The position numbers and the translations under genes were made by a program. Shown piece after piece: positions 23,517-32,524 of a DNA stretch of 45,334 nt; positions within the stretch are counted from its first letter, which is position 1; each line of letters starts with the position of its first letter. This DNA comes from an uncultured Bifidobacterium sp. (GTDB taxonomy: Bacteria; Actinomycetota; Acidimicrobiia; Acidimicrobiales; Ilumatobacteraceae): positions 1-45,334 of the forward strand of contig CAZQPJ010000001.1 of NCBI GenBank assembly GCA_964595105.1, written 5' to 3'. The notes beneath the pieces are model-generated. The model made no database searches. It was not told where the DNA came from and was given only the letters and a program-made list of their open reading frames with translations.

Positions 23517-25436
23517 TCAGTCCGTTCGGTCGTCGATGTCGTCGATGTCGTCGATGCCGTGATCGTCCCGCAGCGGGTCGTCGACCAACACCGCAGCGGT
23601 CGGTTCGTCCGGCTCGGCCTCGACGAATTCATCGATGGTGTGCGAACCGCTGATGGCGGCGTCATCGGCCCGCTGCGAACGCCGTCGACGACCGTTGGAG
23701 CCGGTGGCAGAACTGTCCGACGAGCGGTCGTTGCGCAACGCCTCGAGCCACTTCTTCGTCTTCGGCGTGCGACGGGTGCGGTTGTAGTCGGCGCCATAAC
23801 TGCCGTACTCGTAGTAGTAGTAGTAGTTGCCCTTGTCGGACGCATCACCCACCACGGCCAGCAACAGGTCGGCGGTGGTGAGCGACCTCAGCACCTCGAT
23901 GGTGCGCTGGGCGGTGGCGATGGAGGTGTTGCCGAGGCGGGTCACCACCACGATCACGTCGGCCAACGGCACGAGTTCGAGCACCTCGGCCGTGGCACCG
24001 ATGGGTGACGAGTCGACGACGATGGCATCGGCCAACTTCGCGAGGCGGGGCAGGAACTGCGCGGTGGTGCGAGCCAGGCCGCCGTGGGTGCCGCCGGGTA
24101 CACCCGCGAGGTCCATCAGCGCGAGACCGGGCACCGGAGTGCGGCTCAGCAGGAACCGCGGCGGCAACGAGGCGAGTTCGGCTGCGGTGAACCCCATCGG
24201 CTGCGGCTTGCTGCCGAGGATGCGGGTGCTCAGGGTGGGTCGGCGGAAGTCGGTGTTCACCGCAATGGTGCGCGAACCGGTTTCCACGAAGGCGGCCGCG
24301 AGGTTGGCGGTGACCGAGGTCTTGCCGTCGCCGGGGCTGGCCGACACCACGAGCACGATCGGGGCTCGACCCTCGTCCTTGGCCGAGCCGCCCTCCACGA
24401 AGCCGAGCACACTGCGCAGTGTTCGGTACGAGTCGGACAGTCCGTCGTGCCGAGTGGGGCTGACGACGATGCCGCGGGCCTGTTCCGCGGGAGCCACGGG
24501 GATGGTGACGTTCGCACGGATGCCGAAGATCTGTTCGGCCTGGGAACGGGTGCGGATTCGCCGGTCGGCTCGAGCCAGCAGCAGGGCGATGCCAGCGCCG
24601 ACGAGACCGCCGAGGAAACCGCCGAGCACACCGCGGCTGAGGCGCGAGCGGGGCGCAGCCAGGCCTCGACCGGCATTGCTGAGCACCTTCACCGGCTGCG
24701 CCGATTCGAGCGTGGTGAGGACGATCTGCGATTGCGTGTCGCCGAGCGACGACTGCTGTTCGTAGGCGGCGCTGTATCGGCGGCTGATGGCGTCGAGTTG
24801 CGAACGGACGACCTCGTCGTTCTGGTTCAGCGCCAGCTTGTTCTGGAGCGTGCGCATCTGTGACTGCAGGTCTTCGAGGCGCTTCTGCACTGCGGCCGAG
24901 CGCTGCTCGACGAGCACGTCCTGACGCTCGGCGAGGTAGGCGGTGAGTTCCTCGGCGAACGCGTCGGCGATGTCGACGGCTCGTTGCGCCGACGCCTGCT
25001 CGGTGCCGATGCGGATCGCGCCGGTCTGTGCGTTGAGCTCGACCGTGAGTTCACTGGCCAACTGGGCGGGCTCGCCGTCGTAGCCGAGGCGCTTCGCTGC
25101 TCGGGCGGGAACCTCGCCCACCGTGGCGAACAGTTCCAACTGGTTGAAGGTGGTCTGGTTCTGGAAGATGTCGTTGCCGGTGGGGTCGGACACCAACAGC
25201 GTGTGGTTGGCCTTGTAGGTGACGTTCTGGTCGGGCGAATCGGCGGTGGTGGTGGGATTGGGCAACGCCCCGAGGAGCATGCCCACTGCGGCCAGCAGGA
25301 CGACGATCCACCACCGGCGGCGAAGAGCGAGGAGAAGCGACTCTCTATCCACTTGTGCGGTGACCTCATCCGGGGGGCGGCGCGACCCGACCGATCGCGA
25401 TTCACCACACATTAGGCGCTGGAGTGGCACACTCAT
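23517..25436 (-). CDS. polysaccharide co-polymerase (Wzz domain) fused to BY-type tyrosine autokinase
   Basis: N-terminal TM, long coiled-coil Wzz-like periplasmic region and a second TM. Then P-loop VVSASPGDGKTSVTANLA with VNTDFRRP and IVVDSSP motifs, and the C-terminal Tyr cluster GNYYYYYEYGSYGADYN. The start may lie downstream (e.g. GTG 25352). Confidence 0.9.
   Translation of the reverse strand: MSVPLQRLMCGESRSVGSRRPPDEVTAQVDRESLLLALRRRWWIVVLLAAVGMLLGALPNPTTTADSPDQNVTYKANHTLLVSDPTGNDIFQNQTTFNQLELFATVGEVPARAAKRLGYDGEPAQLASELTVELNAQTGAIRIGTEQASAQRAVDIADAFAEELTAYLAERQDVLVEQRSAAVQKRLEDLQSQMRTLQNKLALNQNDEVVRSQLDAISRRYSAAYEQQSSLGDTQSQIVLTTLESAQPVKVLSNAGRGLAAPRSRLSRGVLGGFLGGLVGAGIALLLARADRRIRTRSQAEQIFGIRANVTIPVAPAEQARGIVVSPTRHDGLSDSYRTLRSVLGFVEGGSAKDEGRAPIVLVVSASPGDGKTSVTANLAAAFVETGSRTIAVNTDFRRPTLSTRILGSKPQPMGFTAAELASLPPRFLLSRTPVPGLALMDLAGVPGGTHGGLARTTAQFLPRLAKLADAIVVDSSPIGATAEVLELVPLADVIVVVTRLGNTSIATAQRTIEVLRSLTTADLLLAVVGDASDKGNYYYYYEYGSYGADYNRTRRTPKTKKWLEALRNDRSSDSSATGSNGRRRRSQRADDAAISGSHTIDEFVEAEPDEPTAAVLVDDPLRDDHGIDDIDDIDDRTD
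23529..23555. repeat. three perfect tandem copies of GTCGTCGAT (encode IDDIDDIDD at the kinase C-terminus)
   Basis: Read directly: GTCGTCGAT at 23529-23537, 23538-23546 and 23547-23555, followed by the degenerate copy GCCGTGATC. Confidence 0.9.
23811..23825. repeat. (GTA)5 trinucleotide run = (TAC)5 encoding the YYYYY core of the BY-kinase tyrosine cluster
   Basis: Read directly: gtagtagtagtagta at 23811-23825. Confidence 0.9.
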
Positions 25437-25441
25437 GGCTC

Positions 25442-26572
25442 ATGACGGCGTTCCGGGTGCTGCTGTCGCCACCAGAGGTGAGTGACGTCGAACGGCGGAT
25501 GCTCATCGACGCATTCGACTCGGGCTGGATCGCACCCGCAGGGCCCGACCTCGATGCCTTCGAACGTGAACTTGCCGAGTTCACGGGCGCCAACGCCGTG
25601 GCCGGACTCTCGAGCGGCACCGCCGGGCTGCACCTCGCCCTCATGGCCGTCGGCGTGGAACCCGGTGACGACGTGATGGTGAGTTCACTCACCTTCGGCG
25701 CCTCCGCGTTCGCCGTCACGTACCTCGGCGCACGGCCATGCTTCATCGACTGCGAACCGCACACCTGGCACCTCGACCCCGACCTGCTCGAGGAGGAGCT
25801 GCAGCGACGTGCTGGTGACGGCACCCTGCCGGCGGCGGTGGTGGCGGTGCATCTCTACGGCTCGATGGCCGACACCAGCCGTATCGCAGCGGTGTGCTCA
25901 CAGTTCGAGGTCCCTCTGGTGGAGGACGCGGCAGAGGCGATCGGTGCCACGCGGCACGGCGTGGCAGCCGGCAACGACGGCGTCGTGTCGGTGCTCTCGT
26001 TCAACGGCAACAAGATCGTCACCACCGGTGGCGGCGGCGCCGTGATGTCGGCCGACGAGACCGTGGTGCAACGGGTGCGGCATCGCGCCACGCAGGCGCG
26101 ACGACCCGTGCCGTGGTACGAGCACGACGAGATCGGTTTCAACTATCGAATGGGCAACCTCAACGCGGCAGTGGGCCGTGGACAGTTGCGAACGCTGCCG
26201 GCTCGCATCGCCGAACGTCGCCGAGTTCGCTTGGGCTACGAGCGCCATCTGTCGGGCCTGCCCGGTGTGTCGTTCCAAGGGGCACCGGAGGGTGTCGAAC
26301 CGAACCATTGGCTCACCACGGTGCGGTTCGACACGGCTGCATTCGGTGCCACTCCGGCCGAAGTGGTGGGCGCTCTGCGCGATGCCGGCATCGAGGCACG
26401 GCACGGATTCAAGCCCATGCACCAGCAGCCGGTGTTCCACGGAGCGCCGATGGTGGGAGGCGCCGTGGCCGACGACCTCTTCGCCACCACCGTCAGCCTT
26501 CCGTCGGGCTCGCGGCTCGCCGATGAGCAGGTCGAGTGGATCAGTGGAGTGGTCGCATCGGTGTCGCGCTGA
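25442..26572 (+). CDS. DegT/DnrJ/EryC1/StrS-family PLP-dependent sugar aminotransferase (PglE-like)
   Basis: N-terminus VLLSPPEVSDVERRMLIDAFDSGWIAPAGPDLDAFERELAEF...LSSGTAGLHLAL parallels the PglE-type LSPPhm.g.E..yi.eaf..nwIAPlG..v..FE. SFNGNKIVTTGGGGAV carries the PLP-lysine region. ATG 25442 preferred over the upstream GTG 25424. Confidence 0.9.
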   Translation: MTAFRVLLSPPEVSDVERRMLIDAFDSGWIAPAGPDLDAFERELAEFTGANAVAGLSSGTAGLHLALMAVGVEPGDDVMVSSLTFGASAFAVTYLGARPCFIDCEPHTWHLDPDLLEEELQRRAGDGTLPAAVVAVHLYGSMADTSRIAAVCSQFEVPLVEDAAEAIGATRHGVAAGNDGVVSVLSFNGNKIVTTGGGGAVMSADETVVQRVRHRATQARRPVPWYEHDEIGFNYRMGNLNAAVGRGQLRTLPARIAERRRVRLGYERHLSGLPGVSFQGAPEGVEPNHWLTTVRFDTAAFGATPAEVVGALRDAGIEARHGFKPMHQQPVFHGAPMVGGAVADDLFATTVSLPSGSRLADEQVEWISGVVASVSR

Positions 26573-27111
26573 TCGCTCTCGTCACCGCAGCCGTGTGGTG
26601 GTGGGCCCTCACCGCGTGTCGTGCCGTGTTCACCCGGCCCGGAGCACTGCCGAGCCTCATCCTGCTGGTGACGGCGGCTGCATACCTGTGTGTTCCCGAG
26701 ACCGACCAGTTCAAGGGGGTGGCGCTCCTCGTCGTCGGAATCGGCCTGCTGGAGGTGACGAGCCGTGAGGTGCTTCCCGCCATGTGGCACGGGGCACTCC
26801 TGGCGGTGGTGTTGTGGGCCGGCCTCTTCGGCGCCACCGGTCGCGGGTCGGCGGTGGTGGGGGCGGTGTTCGCCGGTTGGGTCATCGTGCTGCCGGCGCT
26901 CGGGATGGCGGTGACCTCCGGTTCGAGCCTGCGAACTCACATCGTCGTGGCGTGTGGCGCGGCGGCAGCATCGGTCACCGTGGCCCGTACCGGCGCCCTG
27001 GCCACCACGGTGCGACCGGCGCTCGCATGGTCGGTGGCAGCGGCCAGTGGCTCCGCCCTCATGGCACTGCTGTTGCTGCGGCGCGGTAGGCCTCCACACC
27101 ATTCGCGCTGA
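26536..27111 (+). CDS. hypothetical integral membrane protein (~5-6 TM, 191 aa)
   Basis: Strongly hydrophobic ORF with a GTG start overlapping the aminotransferase 3' end by 37 nt. Its 3' end overlaps the convergent DUF4012 gene by 53 nt. No family recognised. Confidence 0.5.
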   Translation: MDQWSGRIGVALIALVTAAVWWWALTACRAVFTRPGALPSLILLVTAAAYLCVPETDQFKGVALLVVGIGLLEVTSREVLPAMWHGALLAVVLWAGLFGATGRGSAVVGAVFAGWVIVLPALGMAVTSGSSLRTHIVVACGAAAASVTVARTGALATTVRPALAWSVAAASGSALMALLLLRRGRPPHHSR

Positions 27112-29386
27112 TCACGGCCCGTCGATCGAGCGTTCCCTTGAACCGCATCCCACTGCCGTCGAGCACGTCGGCGGCGATGTCCCACACGGCTGCGTCGGCC
27201 AGCGGCTGCGGTCTCACCAGCATCCGGTACGGCCCTGCGGCGACGGTACCGCGGAGGTGCACCACAAGGGTGACGGACGTTCCGGCAGCCACATCGACCG
27301 ACCGGGTGTACACCGACCACTGCTGTTCTTCGCCGATGCTGAGCCCCACGGGCAGGTCATCGAGCGTCGCGGAACGGAAGTCGAGGGGGGTGTAGAGGCT
27401 CACCAGGGTTCGGCTCGTGCCCTTCGGGGCCCCGACGAGGTTCGAGATGACGTAGTCGGGCAACCCGTTCGCGGGTGCGGTGTTGCGCAGTTCGATCGTC
27501 ACTGTCGCATCCACGGCACCGGTGCCCTGCTGCACTGTCGCCCGATAGCCCACCTCCAGACGGAGGAAGGAGTCGATCTTGTTGCCGGCGGCGTTGTCGA
27601 GCACCACGGCGAGACCGTCGGCGCCGTGAAGTTCGGGCAACGACGCGTCCATGCCCACCAACTGGAGCAGTCCCTCCTCGCGGCTCCGCCTCGCCCACGC
27701 CGACAGGTGCCCGCCCTGTGCCGAGGGGCCCAGGGCGGCAGCGATCACCTGCGGGCCCGGAAGTTCCGAGTGGAGCAGCCGATCGATGGTGGTGGTGATC
27801 GCTTCGTCGAGGAGCAACTCGCGGTCGCTCTCGGGCCGGTCGTACTGGCCGCGCAGGAGGAGGTTCTCGGTGGTCTCGCCGGTGAGGGTGACGCCGGCGT
27901 CGGCGAGGTCGACGGGGCCGGTGAGACCCACGAGGGCGGCGAGTGCATGCGGATCGAGCACGAACACCCCGTCGACCGCTCGGCCCGTGGCCCGTTCGAA
28001 CATCTGGGCCATCTGCGAGCCGACGGAAGGCATGTCGGGCGACATCGTGACGTTGCTCCAGTACTTCGGCGCCACGGGCGTGGTGGCACCTCCGGCACCG
28101 AAGTGCCCGTACCGTTCGAGAAAGGAGGGCGGCAGTTCCGCCAGGTAGAGCGGTGGCCGCTCGGCCAACCCGACCACGAGTTGGTTCGTGCGGCCGTGCT
28201 CCACGAGTTGGAGGCGTCCCTTGCGCACGGTCACCTCGGCCCAGTTGCCCATCAGCCCCGACTGGCCGCGCAGTTCGGCGGGCGAGGTGAACGCCAACAA
28301 GTACCGGCGGTCACCCGTGGCGCCCAACAATTCCGGGGCGAGACGCGCTGCAGCGGCGCTGCCATGGGCCTGCACGGCAACCTTGTCGACACGCCGTCGA
28401 GCAGTACCGAGCCGCGACTCGATGGGCGAGAACAACCACACCGAGTCGGCCCGACCGATGTCGCCCTGCAGTTCCGTGACGGCTGCCTCGAGCCTCCCGA
28501 GCGGCTGCGCGAGCACCGCCACGGCGTTCACGTCGATCGTTCCGTTCACCACTCTCAACTGGTCGAGGTCGACTGCCGCCAGGGCATTCGACGCGGCAGT
28601 CGATGCAGTCGATGCACCGTCCAATAGCACATCGCCTGCCCGCCAGTTCTGCGCCAGCACCGGTGCCACACGCGCCGGGAGTGTCCACGCCGACTGCATG
28701 CTGCGGTGTGCATCGGACAGGTCGGCCGCGGCGCGCTCGAACGCATCGGCCGCTGCGGCGGTGTCACCCGACCCTGCGCGATCGAGTGCCTCCAGCAGCG
28801 ACCGGTACCCCCTCGCGGTGGCGGAGCGGGCGCTCAGGGCGGCCACGCCGAGACCCGCCCCGGCAACGAGCCACAGTGCTGCGAGGACTGCCGCACCCCA
28901 TACGACCCGACGACGCACGTCTCGCCGCCGACGGGACACACCCGCCACCACGAGCGTCGACATCACCAATGCGGCCACCAGCGCCGACAGAAGGAAGTAG
29001 CCGTGCAGTGGCAGCCGGAGTGCCACCTGAGCGACGGCGGCACCGATGGCCGCGCGCCGCAGTGGGGCACTGGTTCGGTGCGTCGCCAGCCACGCCGATG
29101 CACCGACGGCCGGCACGGCGAGGAGCAAGAGCAACGGCGATGTCACCGACGCCACCACCACTGCGGCGGAGGCACCCAGCAAGGCGCGCCAGCCTGCGGT
29201 GGCCGACGCCCACGCCACCAATGCGCCGACGGCGAACCGCAGGGCCGCGTCGAGGAACCCCACGCCGGTGGGCGCCCCGTTCGCGAGCATTGCCATCAGT
29301 CCTGAAGCGGCGGCCACGGCACCCACCTGTTGGGCGGCCGAACGACTGAGGGTGTTTCGTCGCCGGTTCGACACCGTCAGCAACAA
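27059..29386 (-). CDS. DUF4012 domain membrane protein
   Basis: 775 aa with N-terminal multi-TM region. The large extracytoplasmic domain with RRYLLAFTSPAELRGQSGLMGNWAEV and VDGVFVLDPHALAALVGLTGPV is typical of DUF4012 proteins. Confidence 0.8.
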   Translation of the reverse strand: MLLTVSNRRRNTLSRSAAQQVGAVAAASGLMAMLANGAPTGVGFLDAALRFAVGALVAWASATAGWRALLGASAAVVVASVTSPLLLLLAVPAVGASAWLATHRTSAPLRRAAIGAAVAQVALRLPLHGYFLLSALVAALVMSTLVVAGVSRRRRDVRRRVVWGAAVLAALWLVAGAGLGVAALSARSATARGYRSLLEALDRAGSGDTAAAADAFERAAADLSDAHRSMQSAWTLPARVAPVLAQNWRAGDVLLDGASTASTAASNALAAVDLDQLRVVNGTIDVNAVAVLAQPLGRLEAAVTELQGDIGRADSVWLFSPIESRLGTARRRVDKVAVQAHGSAAAARLAPELLGATGDRRYLLAFTSPAELRGQSGLMGNWAEVTVRKGRLQLVEHGRTNQLVVGLAERPPLYLAELPPSFLERYGHFGAGGATTPVAPKYWSNVTMSPDMPSVGSQMAQMFERATGRAVDGVFVLDPHALAALVGLTGPVDLADAGVTLTGETTENLLLRGQYDRPESDRELLLDEAITTTIDRLLHSELPGPQVIAAALGPSAQGGHLSAWARRSREEGLLQLVGMDASLPELHGADGLAVVLDNAAGNKIDSFLRLEVGYRATVQQGTGAVDATVTIELRNTAPANGLPDYVISNLVGAPKGTSRTLVSLYTPLDFRSATLDDLPVGLSIGEEQQWSVYTRSVDVAAGTSVTLVVHLRGTVAAGPYRMLVRPQPLADAAVWDIAADVLDGSGMRFKGTLDRRAVISANGVEAYRAAATAVP

Positions 29387-29398
29387 CCGTTCGTCACG

Positions 29399-30334
29399 TC
29401 AGCCCACCACCGACGCCATCCACTCCACCGTTGCCGCAAGACCATCGTTGAACGGAGTCGGTACGACGTCGCCGAACAGGGCATGGAGGCGGCTGGAATC
29501 GGCTTGGCTGTGGGGCACGTCGCCCACCCGACTCGGCGTGTGATGTCGTTCGAGGGTGCGGTCCAGCAACCGTTCGAGCTGCGCGATGACGTCGAGCAGG
29601 CTGATGCGGGTGCCGTAGGCCAGGTTCACGGGCTCGGGGTCGGTGACTCGGCGCAGCACGGCATCGGTGATGACGCTCGTCACCGTGTCGACGAACGTGA
29701 AGTCGCGGCTCTGTGTGCCGTCTCCGTGCACGGTCAGTGGCTCTCTCCGCAGCGCGGCGTCGACGAATGCGGGTATCACCGCCGCGTAGGCGTGGCCGGC
29801 TGGCTGGAGCGGCCCGAACACGTTGAAGAACCGGAAGGCGAGGGCCGGGAGGCCGTACGCGGCCTGCCATGCGAGCGTGTACGACTCCGTTGCGAGCTTC
29901 GTGGCCGCGTAGGGCGACATCGGCCGCGTCGCGAGGCTCTCGTGTTTGGGCAGCGTCGGGTTGGCGCCGTACACACTGCTCGAGGAGGCAACCACTGTGT
30001 GGAGGTTGCCGTGCCGACGTGCCCCTTCGAGCACCATGAGCGTGCCGTGGGTGTTCGCGAGGTGCGACGCCACCGGGTCGGCGACGCTGCGCGGCACGCT
30101 GCCGAGCGCCGCGAGGTGCACCACCGCGTCGGCGTCGGCGAAGGAGTCGTCGATGCGGTCAGGGTCGGTGATCGAACCGTGCACGAACCGCACGTCGAGC
30201 CCGTCGAGGTTCGCTGGGGATCCGGTCGACAGGTCATCGAGAACGGTGACTCGATCGATGCCGGCCGTCGCCACGAGCCGGCGGCAGAGGTTGCCACCTA
30301 TGAACCCCGCGCCGCCGGTCACCACCACTCGCAC
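29399..30334 (-). CDS. NAD-dependent nucleotide-sugar epimerase/dehydratase (extended SDR)
   Basis: GTG start. VVVTGGAGFIGGNL Rossmann, SSSSVYG and catalytic YAATK. 311 aa. Confidence 0.85.
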   Translation of the reverse strand: MRVVVTGGAGFIGGNLCRRLVATAGIDRVTVLDDLSTGSPANLDGLDVRFVHGSITDPDRIDDSFADADAVVHLAALGSVPRSVADPVASHLANTHGTLMVLEGARRHGNLHTVVASSSSVYGANPTLPKHESLATRPMSPYAATKLATESYTLAWQAAYGLPALAFRFFNVFGPLQPAGHAYAAVIPAFVDAALRREPLTVHGDGTQSRDFTFVDTVTSVITDAVLRRVTDPEPVNLAYGTRISLLDVIAQLERLLDRTLERHHTPSRVGDVPHSQADSSRLHALFGDVVPTPFNDGLAATVEWMASVVG

Positions 30335-30342
30335 GTGCGAAC

Positions 30343-30388
30343 GCTACCCCTCGGGCGCTACCCGCCGTGGGAGTGACCGCGGGGTAGC
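30343..30388. promoter_or_regulatory. heptamer repeats GCTACCC x2 plus inverted GGGTAGC in a divergent 62-bp spacer
   Basis: GCTACCC at 30343-30349 and 30357-30363; GGGTAGC at 30382-30388. They lie between the epimerase GTG (30334) and the GT4-GNAT start (30397). Confidence 0.3.
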
Positions 30389-30396
30389 CTGCCCCC

Positions 30397-32523
30397 GTGC
30401 CGATGAGTGTGCTCTGGGTCATCAAGGGCCTGGGGCCCGGCGGTGCCGAGCGCCTGCTGGTGGCCGCCGCGGGAGTGCATTCGCCGGAGCACGTCGACAT
30501 CACCTGCGCGTACGTGATGCCGTGGAAGGACCACCTCGCCGACGACCTCGCCCGCGCGGGCACTACCGTCACCTGCCTGTCGGCGAAGCGGCGCGACGTC
30601 CGCTGGCCGTTGCGCCTCGCTCGCATGGTGCGGTCGGGAGATTTCGCGGTGGTGCACGTCCACTCTCCGCTGCCGGGCAGCGTCGCACGACTGGCAGCGC
30701 GCACCATGCGTCGCCCTCGGCGGCCGGTGGTGGTGGCGACCGAGCACAACCGCTGGCAGACCCACCGGCTGCCGACGCGCTGGCTGAATCGCTTCACCAG
30801 CAGGTGGAACGACGCCACCTTCGCCGTCACCGATGAAGTGCGTTCCACCATGCCCGCCGGCGCAGCACGGCGCACCACCGTGTTGCAGCACGGCATCGAC
30901 GTGCTCGCCGTGGCCGGCGCACGCGCCAGTCGGGCGGCGGTCCGCGCCGAACTCGGTGTGGGCGACCACGAACTGGTGGTGGCCACGGCAGCGAACTTCA
31001 GGCCACAGAAGGACTACCCGAACCTCCTGGGTGCGGCAGCGCTCCTGCAGGAACGCGGGGTGGCAGTGCGATTCGTGGCGGTGGGCCAGGGCCCACTCGA
31101 GAGCGAGATCCGGGCGTCGGCCACTTCGATGGGCCTCGATGGAACGGTGATGTTCACGGGCTTCCGGGCCGATGCCGTTCGGGTGTTGGCGGCGGCCGAC
31201 GTGTTCACGCTCGCGTCGCAGTGGGAAGGCCTGCCGGTGGCGCTCATGGAGGCGCTCGCCCTCGGTCTTCCGGTCGTGGCCACCGCCGTGGGCGGTGTGG
31301 CCGAGTCGATGCACGACGGTGTCGATTCGCTGCTGGTGCCACCGGGCGAGGCCACTGCGCTCGCAGACGCCCTCCAGAGCGTGCTCACCGATGACGCCCT
31401 GCGGACACGGTTGGCCGCAGCGGCGCAGGATCGCGCTCCCGAGTTCGATGTCCGAACCGCCGTGGCCCACATCGAGGCCACCTATCTCTCGCTCGCCGGC
31501 GCTCCCGACGCGAGTGCCATCCGCGCCGAACCGAGCCCGAGCACCGTCGCGCCGACCCGGCGATCGCTTCCATCCGGACTCGACATGCGCGAGGCCACCG
31601 ACGCCGATCGACCGGCAATCCTCGACCTCTGCAGGGCGGCACTCGGCTGGGGTGACGATCCGCGGTTCGAGGAACTCTTCCGTTGGAAGCACGAACAGAA
31701 CGCCTTCGGGCCCTCCTACGCCTGGGTCGCCACGGACGGGACCCGCATCGTGGGGTTGCGAATGCTGATGCGCTGGGAGTTCGTGCGGAACGGCCGAGTG
31801 ATCCGGGCTGTGCGCGCGGTCGACACAGCGACGCACCCCGACCTGCAGGGCAAGGGTCTCTTCACGGCGATGACGCTCGCCGCGCTCGAGCGGTGCGAGG
31901 CCGATGGCATCGACTTCGTCTTCAACACCCCCAACGACAAGAGCCGTCCCGGTTACCTGAAGATGGGGTGGCAGGTGGTCGGTCGGCTTCCTGCGGCGGT
32001 TCGACCTCGTACTCCGCTGAGCGCCGCTCGAATGGCGAGCGCTCGGGTGCCAGCGGGGCACTGGGCGTCGGGCCCACTCGTCGGTGAGCCGATCGAGGTG
32101 TGGCTCGACCGAGTGGGCACGCTTCCGGCGCCGTCGTCTGCTGGGCCCGAGGTGATCGCCACCCATCTCTCCCCCGAGTTCGTACGGTGGCGGTACGGGC
32201 TGCCCGCACTGGGGTACGGGGTGCTCCCCGGCCCCGATGGGTCCGGCGTGGTGGTGCGCTGCCGCGACCGAGGCCCGGTGCGGGAGTTGGTGATGAGTGG
32301 TCTGCTGGGTGTCGGCGCAGAGGCCGCCGACTCCATTGCCGGCGAGGGCCTGCACACCTCGGGGGCCAACCATGCGCTCCGCATCGGCGGAGCCGATCTG
32401 CGGCGCGGCTTCGTGCCGCTTCCCGGCGGTGGACCGGTGATGACCTGGCGGGCGCTCGCCATGCGCGCCGCCCCGCCGCTGCCCAACTGGCGTCTCACGA
32501 TGGGCGACGTCGAGCTGTTCTGA
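30397..32523 (+). CDS. bifunctional fusion: GT4 glycosyltransferase (N-terminal ~375 aa) + GNAT-type acetyltransferase domain with C-terminal extension
   Basis: N-terminal half: VLWVIKGLGPGGAERLL and WEGLPVALMEALALGLPVVATAVGGVAESM (E-x7-E). After a Pro/Ser linker (~nt 31500-31580): MREATDADRPAILDLC and AVDTATHPDLQGKGLFTAMTLAALE (GNAT motif A Q/R-x-x-G-x-G/A). 708 aa, one uninterrupted frame. Confidence 0.8.
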   Translation: MPMSVLWVIKGLGPGGAERLLVAAAGVHSPEHVDITCAYVMPWKDHLADDLARAGTTVTCLSAKRRDVRWPLRLARMVRSGDFAVVHVHSPLPGSVARLAARTMRRPRRPVVVATEHNRWQTHRLPTRWLNRFTSRWNDATFAVTDEVRSTMPAGAARRTTVLQHGIDVLAVAGARASRAAVRAELGVGDHELVVATAANFRPQKDYPNLLGAAALLQERGVAVRFVAVGQGPLESEIRASATSMGLDGTVMFTGFRADAVRVLAAADVFTLASQWEGLPVALMEALALGLPVVATAVGGVAESMHDGVDSLLVPPGEATALADALQSVLTDDALRTRLAAAAQDRAPEFDVRTAVAHIEATYLSLAGAPDASAIRAEPSPSTVAPTRRSLPSGLDMREATDADRPAILDLCRAALGWGDDPRFEELFRWKHEQNAFGPSYAWVATDGTRIVGLRMLMRWEFVRNGRVIRAVRAVDTATHPDLQGKGLFTAMTLAALERCEADGIDFVFNTPNDKSRPGYLKMGWQVVGRLPAAVRPRTPLSAARMASARVPAGHWASGPLVGEPIEVWLDRVGTLPAPSSAGPEVIATHLSPEFVRWRYGLPALGYGVLPGPDGSGVVVRCRDRGPVRELVMSGLLGVGAEAADSIAGEGLHTSGANHALRIGGADLRRGFVPLPGGGPVMTWRALAMRAAPPLPNWRLTMGDVELF

Positions 32524-32524
32524 G

